From Candidatus Nanohaloarchaea archaeon (GTDB lineage: Archaea > Nanohalarchaeota > Nanosalinia > Nanosalinales > Nanosalinaceae), in assembly GCA_041639695.1 (NCBI GenBank), contig JBEQBQ010000001.1:1-64000 (forward strand): a stretch of DNA of 64,000 nt, written 5' to 3'. The translations under genes and the position numbers were made by a program. A model generated the notes under the pieces. It searched no databases. It was not told where the DNA came from and saw only the letters and a program-made list of their open reading frames with translations. This document shows positions 50,357 through 58,646 of this stretch, one piece after another (within the stretch, counting starts at the first letter, position 1; each line of letters starts with the position of its first letter).

Positions 50357-50638
50357 ATGCGCAAGGGAATGTCCCAAACTCTGACTCTAATTGTAGCAGC
50401 ATCAGTTCTAATGATGACAGCACTAACCGTAATATTCATGGTACAAGGAGGGCTGAGCGATGTATTCGGATCCTCAAACACACAATCATGCTACAACTCT
50501 ATTCAATCAACATGCGAGTTTTCTAGCTCAGGTGGACATCCAACACCTGAAAGCTGCAGCAGGGCCGATATTTCAGAAGTGCCTATGCCGAACGGAGATC
50601 CTGTAGACGTAGGCGATAACACTTACTCCTGCTCCTAA
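50357..50638 (+). CDS. Pilin with class III signal (candidate major pilin)
   Basis: MRKG/MSQTLTLIVAASVLMMTALTVIFM; four Cys; own TATA-like element upstream. Confidence 0.82.
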   Translation: MRKGMSQTLTLIVAASVLMMTALTVIFMVQGGLSDVFGSSNTQSCYNSIQSTCEFSSSGGHPTPESCSRADISEVPMPNGDPVDVGDNTYSCS

Positions 50639-50651
50639 AAAGTGAATAAGA

Positions 50652-51011
50652 ATGGATAAGACGATTGAACTAGTGCTGGTGGCGATGGTAACTCTTATCA
50701 CAGCGCTAGTCATCGTCTACATGGTTCAAGGAGAGGCCAGCGGCTTTGGTGACTTTCTTGACAGCCAGTCAGGAGATGCAGAGTGCCAGTTAGCTAAAGA
50801 AAAAGTGAATAACTGTCTAGTTGAAGAAGTGCCGCAAGTAGACGGTTGTAGTCCCGGCCCAATACCGGAAACATGCGGTGAGCCAGGTTCGTACGGTAGC
50901 TCCGGTCAGACAGAAAGTGAATCCGGTAGCCAGACCGGTGATTCCGGTGAAACGGAGTCTGGAAGTGGTTCTGGAGACGATTCTGGTTCAAGTGGCGGTT
51001 CCGGGGAATAA
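50652..51011 (+). CDS. Pilin-like protein, similar to preceding gene, Ser/Gly-rich tail
   Basis: TALVIVYMVQG vs TALTVIFMVQG; four Cys. Confidence 0.78.
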   Translation: MDKTIELVLVAMVTLITALVIVYMVQGEASGFGDFLDSQSGDAECQLAKEKVNNCLVEEVPQVDGCSPGPIPETCGEPGSYGSSGQTESESGSQTGDSGETESGSGSGDDSGSSGGSGE

Positions 51012-51019
51012 AAAGTTAT

Positions 51020-52480
51020 TTAGTCAAGTAAAAGTTTTTCTAAAACTTTTTCTACTTCCCAAATCTCGTTCTCTTCAACAACTTCCTCCAACTCTAGATC
51101 AGTATTTACGCCGAACAAGGGCACATGATTCAAAGTGTGGGAAGTATTAGGTTCTTCTAGTCCCATGTCCTCGCAGTTGCCGTGGTCCGCAGTCACAAAC
51201 ATCGAGTACTCGGTGTCCTTCACCTTTTCGGCCAGTCTCCCTATGTTTCTGTCCACGGTTTCTACTGCCTTGATCGCAGCTTCTAAATCTCCTGTATGAC
51301 CTACTAGATCGCAGTTAGCAAAGTTAAGCAAAATGAAATCTTTCTCAGACTCATCTATTGCTTCCAGAACCACCTCGGTTATATCGTTCGCATGCATCTC
51401 CGGTTTTTCATCGTAGGACTTGATCTTATCGCTCTCAACGAAATTTCTTTCTTCATGTTCGAACTCGAGCTCTCTCTGACCGTTGAAGAAGAATGTTACG
51501 TGCGGTCTTTTCTGGGATTCCGCAACCCGTAACTGGGAAAGCCCTGCGTCCTCGATTTTTTCGCCTAGAGTGTTTTCAACTATTTTTTTGTCGAAGATAG
51601 CAGGGTTCTCGATCTCGTGCTCGTATCTGAACATGGAAACAAAGTCAGGTTCGATTGGTTCCTCGTAATCGTCCGGATCAACATCCTCCACGAGTTCTTC
51701 TTCTATCTGTCTCTCCCTGTCGGCCCTGAAATTGTAGAAAATTACTTGGTCTTCGTTATTCATTCCTTCGTAACCTTTCCTGACGGAAGGTTGTATGAAG
51801 TAGTCGTAATCGTCTTCTTCGTAAGTTTTCTGAATCGCTTCACGTGGATCTTCAAAGTCAAAACCTTCTGCTTCGGCCATAGCTTGGTAGGCTTTGTGTG
51901 TTCTTTCCCAGTTGTGGTCTCGGTCCATCGAGTAGTAACGGCCCATAACTGTGGCGATCTCGCCTGTATACTCGGAAGTCCAGCCCTCGATTTTTGAGAT
52001 GAACTTTTCAGCGGATTTAGGTGCTACGTCTCTGCCATCCGTAAAACAGTGGATCTTAACGTCCACATCGTAGTTTGAGGCGATTTCTAGAAGTGCTTTT
52101 AGGTGGTCAATATGGCCGTGGATACCGCCGTCCGATATTATGCCGGCGAAATGTACTGTCGAATTTTCTTTTTCTGCTTTTTCAAGCGAGTTCTTCAGTG
52201 CTTCTTTTTCCGGTAGTTCGTTGTTTTCTATAGCCTGTTTTATTCTCGTGAGTCGTTGAGGTATAGTTCGACCTGCGCCTAGGTGCAGATGGCCCACCTC
52301 TGAGTTGCCTGTAAATCCTTCGGGCAGTCCTACAGCCGGACCGGACGCCTCTAATTTTGTAAACCCGTTTCTGGACATAAGTTTTCCTATATTGGGTGTG
52401 CTCGCTTGCTTGAATGCGTTTCCTTCCGTCTCCTTTCTAAGCCCTACGCCGTCCATAACCACGAGAAGCACTTTTTGCAT
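51020..52480 (-). CDS. gpmI: 2,3-bisphosphoglycerate-independent phosphoglycerate mutase
   Basis: MDGVG, GNSEVGH, SDGGIH, DGRD, GRYYSMDRD, NFRADR, TADHGN. Confidence 0.96.
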   Translation of the reverse strand: MQKVLLVVMDGVGLRKETEGNAFKQASTPNIGKLMSRNGFTKLEASGPAVGLPEGFTGNSEVGHLHLGAGRTIPQRLTRIKQAIENNELPEKEALKNSLEKAEKENSTVHFAGIISDGGIHGHIDHLKALLEIASNYDVDVKIHCFTDGRDVAPKSAEKFISKIEGWTSEYTGEIATVMGRYYSMDRDHNWERTHKAYQAMAEAEGFDFEDPREAIQKTYEEDDYDYFIQPSVRKGYEGMNNEDQVIFYNFRADRERQIEEELVEDVDPDDYEEPIEPDFVSMFRYEHEIENPAIFDKKIVENTLGEKIEDAGLSQLRVAESQKRPHVTFFFNGQRELEFEHEERNFVESDKIKSYDEKPEMHANDITEVVLEAIDESEKDFILLNFANCDLVGHTGDLEAAIKAVETVDRNIGRLAEKVKDTEYSMFVTADHGNCEDMGLEEPNTSHTLNHVPLFGVNTDLELEEVVEENEIWEVEKVLEKLLLD

Positions 52481-52532
52481 ACTTCTGGTTTGCCGGAGCA
52501 GGTTTATTAACCACCAGACGTGTCATAGACTT

Positions 52533-53570
52533 ATGGGGGACGACATAAAATCCAGGATAGAGAAGGCGAAAAAGCTACTGGGCGACGAAGAAACGCCAGA
52601 AGACCCGGACGAAGGCCTTAAAAAGGAACTTGACGACCTGAAATCCGAGATAGAGGCCGGAAACGAATCGGTAGAGGCTAGCAAAGAGGTGGCCGAAACA
52701 CCCTCTGAAACGGAAAATCCTGGTTCAAAAGAGGAAGTCGATAAACAGTTAGAACATGATATCCGGGTTATGGAGTCCGGTATGGAACCGAATGATGTAG
52801 AAGTTTCTCCGGAAGATTTCGAGACAGAAGAACCCGGCGAAGAAAGCCCGGGTAACAAAGCGGGGCTGGACAAACGTGTGGAGGTTCTTGAAAGAAAGAT
52901 AGGTGAGATAGGTGAAAGCCTGAGAACATTCGAGGAAGAAATGATTTCTGAGGAATCAGAAGAACTTTCAAACATAGGAGATCTCCAACAAAGGGTGGAA
53001 AAACTTGAGTTCAAAGACTATGAAGCGCTTCAAGACCGTCTAGACATCTTAGAATCTCGTTTAGATTCTTCCAACCAAGGAGAAATAGTCGAAAGACTCA
53101 ACGAATTGGAAAAACAGATCTTGAAGAACGGAAGCTTCGAGGAAAGGATTAAGGAAGAAGTAAGAAAGGTAGAGTCCGAGAGAATTGAAGGGCTTGAAGA
53201 TAAAATGGAGGAGATCCATGGAAGAATCGATACGGTAAACAGTCGTCTTGATGAGGTTAATTCTGAACAGGAAAGGCTTGAGGAGAGAGGGGACGAACTT
53301 GAAGATGAACGCTCGCAGGTTCTTGACAGGATAGATGAGATAGCGGAGAAACAGGCAGAGCTTGAACGTGAGCTTGATGAAGGTCATGCCCAGAGGCAGA
53401 AAGATGTTGAAGAGCTTAAGCACAGGATCGACAAACTCTGGGAAGGACTTGACGAAGAAGTTGCCACGCTTGAATCCAGTATCCATGAAAACAGGGAGCA
53501 GACTGAGGACCTTCTTGAGGACGTGCTGGAGCTTTCCGAGGCCGTGAAACAAGGTCTCAACCACCGTTAG
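52533..53570 (+). CDS. Acidic coiled-coil protein
   Basis: ATG at 52533 (track start overlaps gpmI); long E-rich heptads. Confidence 0.8.
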   Translation: MGDDIKSRIEKAKKLLGDEETPEDPDEGLKKELDDLKSEIEAGNESVEASKEVAETPSETENPGSKEEVDKQLEHDIRVMESGMEPNDVEVSPEDFETEEPGEESPGNKAGLDKRVEVLERKIGEIGESLRTFEEEMISEESEELSNIGDLQQRVEKLEFKDYEALQDRLDILESRLDSSNQGEIVERLNELEKQILKNGSFEERIKEEVRKVESERIEGLEDKMEEIHGRIDTVNSRLDEVNSEQERLEERGDELEDERSQVLDRIDEIAEKQAELERELDEGHAQRQKDVEELKHRIDKLWEGLDEEVATLESSIHENREQTEDLLEDVLELSEAVKQGLNHR

Positions 53571-53614
53571 TGTTTTAACATTTTGACCACTTCTAGGTAT
53601 TAAGTGAATTCTAA

Positions 53615-55525
53615 ATGGCCGAAGATGTAATATTCGGAGAGGAAGAAGAGGAGGACGAATCAAATCAGGAAACACTTTTCGGACCTGAAGACGAAGAAGA
53701 GGAGGACGAAGAAGAGCTTTTCGGGCCCGAGGAAGATGAGGACGAAGAATCCGAAGATGAGGACGTCCTATTCGGCGAAGAAGACGAGGAAGAAACTGAA
53801 GAAAAAGAAGAAAGCGGTTCTGAAGACTCAGATGAAACACTTTTCGGTTCTGAAGACGAAGAAGAGGAAAGCGAAGAAAACGATACTGAAGTCGAGGAAG
53901 AAACTGAAGAAGAAAACTCAGAGGAAGTTCTCGAAGAAGAAAAGGAGGAAGACAAGAGTTCAGAGGAATCTGTAGAAGAAGAAAGCTCCGAAAGCCAAGA
54001 AGAGGTTTCGGATGCTGAAAATCTAGGTCAGAGAATAGAGGAGCTAGAGTCTGAAATCGAAAAAATAGAGGCAAACGACACCTCTGATATAGAACAGAGA
54101 ATTGAAGAGCTGGAAGAATCTCTGGAGACAGACGAGGAAGTCGAGGAAATAAGAGAGGAGATAGAGGATCTAAAAACTGAAACGGCGGATGAAGAAGAAT
54201 TAAAGCAGGAACTACAAGACGAGATAGAAGTTCCTGATTTCGACGACGAAATTGAAGATCTCAGAGAGAAAATAGAATCTCTTGAAGGGTCTGGAGAAAC
54301 AGAAAATGAGATCGAAACTCTTAGATCTACACTAAACAGTCTAGAAGAAAAAGTAGAGAGCAAAGATCTTGAAAAAGAGGTAGAGGAGGTAAAGGACAGG
54401 CTTGCAGAGAAATCTGATCTCGTCAAAGACCTGAAGCAAAGGATCGATAAAGAAGTAGATGAATTAGAAGAACAGATAGAAGAATCCGGTTCCGAAGAAG
54501 TAGAATCCTTAGAAGAACGGATTGAAGAACTGGAAGATCTTGAAGAAAAAATTAATTCTTTAGAGGAAGAGATCGAATCAGCAACCGATAACGAGCTTGA
54601 GGAAGATGTCGACCAGTTAAGAAACGAGCTTGAAGGCGTTGAAGAAGCAGTAGCTGACTTGGAAGATCGTTTCGATGATCAAGACTTTGAGGAAAGAGCG
54701 GAAGCAATTGAGACCGAGCTCGAAGACTTCAGAACACAGTTAGAAGAGTTGGAAGAAGCTGAAGATGTCGAAGAGATTCAAGAACAGGTAGAGGATCTGG
54801 AGAAAACGGTTCAAGATCTCGATGTAGAGAAGATTCAGCAGGAACTTTCAAGTGAGATTGAAAGTCTTGAAGAAAGGTTTGAAGATCTGGAAGATGGATC
54901 TAAAGAGATCGAAGGCTTGAAGGATGATATCTCTGAACTTGAAAAAGATCTAGAGGCGACCAAAGCCGATCAGATCGGCGAACTAAAAGTCGAAATGGAG
55001 AACCTCCGGAAAGACATAGAGAAACTTGAAAAACAGAAAGAGGAACAGGACGTTTCACAGCTCGAGAAACAGGTAGAGCAGCTAAAAGGAATGGTCTCGG
55101 ACTTCAAATGGATCTTCAACGACTTTGAAGATCTTGCAGAACTCAAACTGCTGTCAAAAGAGGAGTATAAGCAGCTCCAGCGGAAGATAGAAGAGGCAGA
55201 AGTCTCAGAGAAAAAGAAGAAGGCAAGCTCCAAAGCCGTAGAACGCTTGAATGATAACTTGGAGGAGATGACTGAAAGACTTGCCGATAACAGTTCGGAA
55301 GAAAGACTTCAGAGACTTGAAAAAAGAATGGATGAACTCGAGTCAGAGGCCTCGGATTCAAACGACGAAGTTGTAGAAGAGCTTCTTTCAGAGGTTGAGA
55401 GACAAGACGAAGAGATCAAAGAGATTAGAGAGGGTTACAAAGAACTTGGAGAAATGATGCAGCTTGTGCTGAAAGAGTTGAGAGAGACAAGGGGCACAAG
55501 TCTAGACAAAACTGCCCAGTCCTGA
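53615..55525 (+). CDS. Very acidic long coiled-coil protein with N-terminal LFG repeats
   Basis: 5x (I/L)FG in poly-E/D, then about 500 aa of heptads. Confidence 0.85.
   Translation: MAEDVIFGEEEEEDESNQETLFGPEDEEEEDEEELFGPEEDEDEESEDEDVLFGEEDEEETEEKEESGSEDSDETLFGSEDEEEESEENDTEVEEETEEENSEEVLEEEKEEDKSSEESVEEESSESQEEVSDAENLGQRIEELESEIEKIEANDTSDIEQRIEELEESLETDEEVEEIREEIEDLKTETADEEELKQELQDEIEVPDFDDEIEDLREKIESLEGSGETENEIETLRSTLNSLEEKVESKDLEKEVEEVKDRLAEKSDLVKDLKQRIDKEVDELEEQIEESGSEEVESLEERIEELEDLEEKINSLEEEIESATDNELEEDVDQLRNELEGVEEAVADLEDRFDDQDFEERAEAIETELEDFRTQLEELEEAEDVEEIQEQVEDLEKTVQDLDVEKIQQELSSEIESLEERFEDLEDGSKEIEGLKDDISELEKDLEATKADQIGELKVEMENLRKDIEKLEKQKEEQDVSQLEKQVEQLKGMVSDFKWIFNDFEDLAELKLLSKEEYKQLQRKIEEAEVSEKKKKASSKAVERLNDNLEEMTERLADNSSEERLQRLEKRMDELESEASDSNDEVVEELLSEVERQDEEIKEIREGYKELGEMMQLVLKELRETRGTSLDKTAQS
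53627..53870 (+). repeat. Intragenic repeats encoding (V/T/E)(I/L)FG + acidic tract
   Basis: GAAACACTTTTCGG...CTGAAGACGAAGAAGAGGA at 53669 and 53834; five peptide copies. Confidence 0.8.
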
Positions 55526-56530
55526 CTGCCGGGACTCCATCGCTTTCTCTAACTTTTCAATTCCGGAGTTTACACGATCCTCGGAGAACTCGTGTTTTTC
55601 AACCAGTATCTCTTTAATCCTTTCAGGGTCCGGCTCCTCGAAACTGTAATCTGCGGTTTTCACCGGCGGTTCCATAAAGAAATCCCTAATTATGTAAGGA
55701 TCGTTATCCGATTCCCACTCAACTTTATCGTCTTCAAGCAGTTTCTCCAGACTTTCATAGTTTTTTACAAGTTTCAACGCTGTCTTTGGACCGATACCTT
55801 TCACACCGTCGGGATTGAAATCCGTTCCCATCAGAACGCCCATCCAAACCAGTTTCTCACGTGAAACCTCCAGTTCACCTAAAACCGTTTCCAGTTCAAT
55901 TCTTTCCGTCGATATCTTCTTCCTGTTGCCTGCTGACGTCTTTCTTGTCTTCCTAGAAGTAAGGTTTCTTACCATGGTTTCTGCGCCGAACAGTAGGCAG
56001 TCCCAGTCCTGCGAACCAACCGCATAAATCTCATTATCGTTATTTGAGGCCATATATGCGGCTTGCGCCTCTCCCTCGCTTGGAGCCTGTACGTAAGGAA
56101 GACCCATGGCTTCAAGTAGTTCTTTAGACTCTTCTATCATATCTCTGGTTATCTTGGAGCTCTGAGTGGCTTTAGAGTAAGCTTCCGAAATTTTTCCTTC
56201 TTCCTTCAATCTTTCCCATTCCTTTTTTGCTTCCTCGCGTTTCTTCCTTCTCTTAGAAGTTTCTTTCTGCTTTAAATCAGGCATCTCTCCGTCAAAAACA
56301 AAAACAGGCCTAATATTCTTTTCGAGTAGGTTTATGTTTCGGTAGAAAAGCCCTGAAAGATGTGACGTAACGTTGCCGTCCGAGTCCTTCAAAGGGGTTC
56401 CGTCACGCTGCCTAATTATTGAAAGGAACTGGTAGAGCGTATTCATCGCGTCAATCGCGACTTCTTTATCGTTGAGATCGTCAAAACTGATTTCTTCCGG
56501 TTCAACAAGCTCGCCCAGGTCTACTCCCAT
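55502..56530 (-). CDS. fen: Flap endonuclease 1
   Basis: MGV, YQFLSIIRQ.DG, VFDG, EGEAQAA, SQDWD, GTDFN; C-terminal PIP box QSGLGSF. Confidence 0.97.
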   Translation of the reverse strand: MGVDLGELVEPEEISFDDLNDKEVAIDAMNTLYQFLSIIRQRDGTPLKDSDGNVTSHLSGLFYRNINLLEKNIRPVFVFDGEMPDLKQKETSKRRKKREEAKKEWERLKEEGKISEAYSKATQSSKITRDMIEESKELLEAMGLPYVQAPSEGEAQAAYMASNNDNEIYAVGSQDWDCLLFGAETMVRNLTSRKTRKTSAGNRKKISTERIELETVLGELEVSREKLVWMGVLMGTDFNPDGVKGIGPKTALKLVKNYESLEKLLEDDKVEWESDNDPYIIRDFFMEPPVKTADYSFEEPDPERIKEILVEKHEFSEDRVNSGIEKLEKAMESRQSGLGSFV

Positions 56531-56573
56531 GACAACAGATTTACGGCCTCAGCTTTAAACAGTTCATAGTAGG

Positions 56574-56708
56574 ATGGAACTAGACAAACTGTGTGAAAAT
56601 TGCACAAGGAGAATGGCTGTAACCAACTGTGAATTATGCGGTGCGGCAGTATGTGGAGATTGCAAGCTTGAAAACGGCTGTAAGGTATGTAACGGGAAAA
56701 CAGTTTAG
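56574..56708 (+). CDS. 44-aa Cys-rich zinc-finger microprotein (absent from ORF track)
   Basis: MELDKLCENC...CELCG..VCGDC...GCKVC; four CxxC. Confidence 0.78.
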   Translation: MELDKLCENCTRRMAVTNCELCGAAVCGDCKLENGCKVCNGKTV

Positions 56709-57622
56709 ATCTGTTTGAGTACTTTCTTCCCTAGCTTGTAGCCTAAAATTCCTGGGATCGTCAGACCTACTAAGATCATCAACAGTTTGAAACCTCTGAA
56801 CATCCACTCTACTGCGTCCGTGAAAGTTGTTAAGGTAATCGTAGATATTGAGTCAACAGTATCCTGCACCTCGCTTTTCAGACGGCTCCAGAGGTCATCA
56901 GGAACCAGTTCGATATCTCTCTGTTCCTCAAGCCTGATGTTCACGGTAGCTAACTCGCTTTTTGCTTTCTTGTTGTTAAGATCCTGTAAGAAGTTATTCA
57001 TTTCTTGAGCGACTTGTTTCTCTTTGTCAGTAAGCTGTTTCAGTAACTCGATTCTGTCGGAATAGCTCTCAATATTTTTGACCTGCTGTCTTAAATCTTC
57101 GTAGTCGTCGAGAGTCCTGTTCAGTATTGTTATCTCCGAAATCGTTCTCGCGGTTGAAATTCTGTAGTTCCTGACGGTGTAAGATTCAACGTTGAACTGT
57201 TGCTTCAAGCGTTCTGTAAGATTGGAGAAGTTATCTCTTGGAACTCTAACTGTCAGATCTGCGTTTATGTAGAGGTCGGTTGTGGTTTTTGAAGAGCTTT
57301 CGACAAAGCCGTTGAAACTCTTTGACACTGTTGTTATCTGGTCTATGTCGTCTTCAATATTTTCCGAGTCTATGTCCATATCCGCCTCTTTCACTTCGAC
57401 ACTACTTCCTGAGCTTGGATCGTCCGGATTGATCGGCCCGGGAAAACCGCCTGAATCACCGTAACGTGCTTTATCAAGATATGCAGCCTGTTGGTTATTG
57501 CTTAATGAACTTGTCTGTAGAACTACTGCTGCCAGTCCTAGAAAGATTAGTAGAAGGACTCCTGCGGCAACTGATAGCTCTTTGTGTTCGAGTAGTTTCT
57601 GCTTCAGTTCCTCGGAATCCAT
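56705..57622 (-). CDS. DUF4349-like membrane-anchored protein
   Basis: N- and C-terminal TM; GFVESS...LTVRVP...F...L, coiled coil, ATVNI.L. Confidence 0.75.
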   Translation of the reverse strand: MDSEELKQKLLEHKELSVAAGVLLLIFLGLAAVVLQTSSLSNNQQAAYLDKARYGDSGGFPGPINPDDPSSGSSVEVKEADMDIDSENIEDDIDQITTVSKSFNGFVESSSKTTTDLYINADLTVRVPRDNFSNLTERLKQQFNVESYTVRNYRISTARTISEITILNRTLDDYEDLRQQVKNIESYSDRIELLKQLTDKEKQVAQEMNNFLQDLNNKKAKSELATVNIRLEEQRDIELVPDDLWSRLKSEVQDTVDSISTITLTTFTDAVEWMFRGFKLLMILVGLTIPGILGYKLGKKVLKQI

Positions 57623-57686
57623 TATAGAAAATAATACTGGAACGCTTGTTTAAAAACAAGAAGGTTTTTGGTGGATAAAAATCGAA

Positions 57687-57941
57687 CTAGAGCTTGTCGA
57701 AGTGCTCTAGCTCGAAGCTCTGAACGTTTTCAAGCTTCTCAAGCTCTTCTTCAACAGCGTCAGTGCCGCCTTCCTCATCGGTTGTGATGCACGACATCTT
57801 GATGGCTTTTAGACCGAAAGCAACTTCCTCCTCTCCGAGGTCTTCAACATCAAGTTTTTCCCTTAGCTCTTCCTTGATTTGTTCTAAATCGGTATCAGCG
57901 TCTTCAGGGCTGATCTTGTATACGCATGAAATCTTTCCCAT
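57687..57941 (-). CDS. ef1b: Translation elongation factor aEF-1beta
   Basis: KISPED...DLE, EEVAFGLKA, DEEGGTDAVEE. Confidence 0.93.
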   Translation of the reverse strand: MGKISCVYKISPEDADTDLEQIKEELREKLDVEDLGEEEVAFGLKAIKMSCITTDEEGGTDAVEEELEKLENVQSFELEHFDKL

Positions 57942-58059
57942 TTGAATTACCTCTTAACCTCAGGTTCGAATAGAAGATTTAAAACAGCTTTAGTGAAAGA
58001 TGGGTGACCGGGAAAAAACAGTCCCGGCCGGTAAAATAGAGAAAAAATCGTTGTAGTAT

Positions 58060-58107
58060 TTAGAAGAGGTTGTTCAGCTTTCTCTTGATCTTTTCGATAA
58101 TTCCCAT
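58060..58107 (-). CDS. 15-aa amphipathic cationic micropeptide (candidate)
   Basis: MGIIEKIKRKLNNLF preceded by GAGGTGA 6 nt upstream. Confidence 0.55.
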   Translation of the reverse strand: MGIIEKIKRKLNNLF

Positions 58108-58257
58108 TTTTTGTCACCTCGCATCGGTCTTTCCACAGGTTTTGGCTTCGGCCGGGATCTCTAAACGCCTTTACTAACTGCTATTCGAATTTTCAGCGTG
58201 GAGAAACTTAAAAACCCGGTCACTACTTTTAAAACCTGAGAACTATTTCGACGTTAG

Positions 58258-58329
58258 GCCCGCATGGTCTAGTGGAAAGACGGCACCTTGCGGAGGTGCA
58301 GATCCAGGGTTCAAATCCCTGTGCGGGCG
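58258..58329 (+). tRNA. tRNA-Arg (anticodon GCG)
   Basis: Acceptor GCCCGCA/TGCGGGC, D arm GTCT/AGAC, GCACC-TTGCGGA-GGTGC, CAGGG-TTCAAAT-CCCTG. Confidence 0.95.
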
Positions 58330-58407
58330 TTTAAACGTTCTCATTCTCAACCTTGTTCAATACTGGAATCTTCTTCTATAGGCCGCTTCTACCACAGTAA
58401 AAACAGG

Positions 58408-58623
58408 GTGGAAACGGGGTTGAGGTTCGAATGCAAAAACTGCGGTTCTGAAGTAGAAAGACAGATACTTGGTCTATCACATGCGATAAGAGGCTGTGGG
58501 ATGATGCTGGAAAGGGAGAGGGACTGCTGCGAATCCCCCGCATACATGGATGAAAAAGGAATACTGGAAAACGGTAACACGCCAACCATGAGATTTTTCT
58601 CCTTAGTCCGAAGACGGTTCTGA
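58408..58623 (+). CDS. Small Cys-containing (zinc-ribbon-like) protein
   Basis: FECKNCG...GCG...DCCESP; track start lies inside the tRNA, GTG at 58408 more plausible. Confidence 0.5.
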   Translation: METGLRFECKNCGSEVERQILGLSHAIRGCGMMLERERDCCESPAYMDEKGILENGNTPTMRFFSLVRRRF

Positions 58624-58646
58624 CCTATAACTTTTTCAATCAATAC

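Noticed and set aside
40086-51011. Archaellum operon
   Set aside because: No ArlH (KaiC-like), ArlF/G or archaellin-type N-termini recognised
52523-55361. Long Ser/Phe/Leu-rich minus-strand ORFs (e.g. 53061-54074, 54028-54426)
   Set aside because: Antisense shadows of GAA/GAG-rich acidic genes; the same applies to shadows over 23.3-28.3 kb and other genes
53615-55525. SMC/Rad50 assignment for the long coiled-coil protein
   Set aside because: No Walker A/B, signature motif, hinge or zinc hook
58000-58056. 18-aa plus-strand ORF MGDREKTVPAGKIEKKSL
   Set aside because: No SD or distinctive composition; overlaps the hairpin
58257-58329. tRNA-His call because of a G at position -1
   Set aside because: Anticodon is GCG and discriminator is G, consistent with Arg
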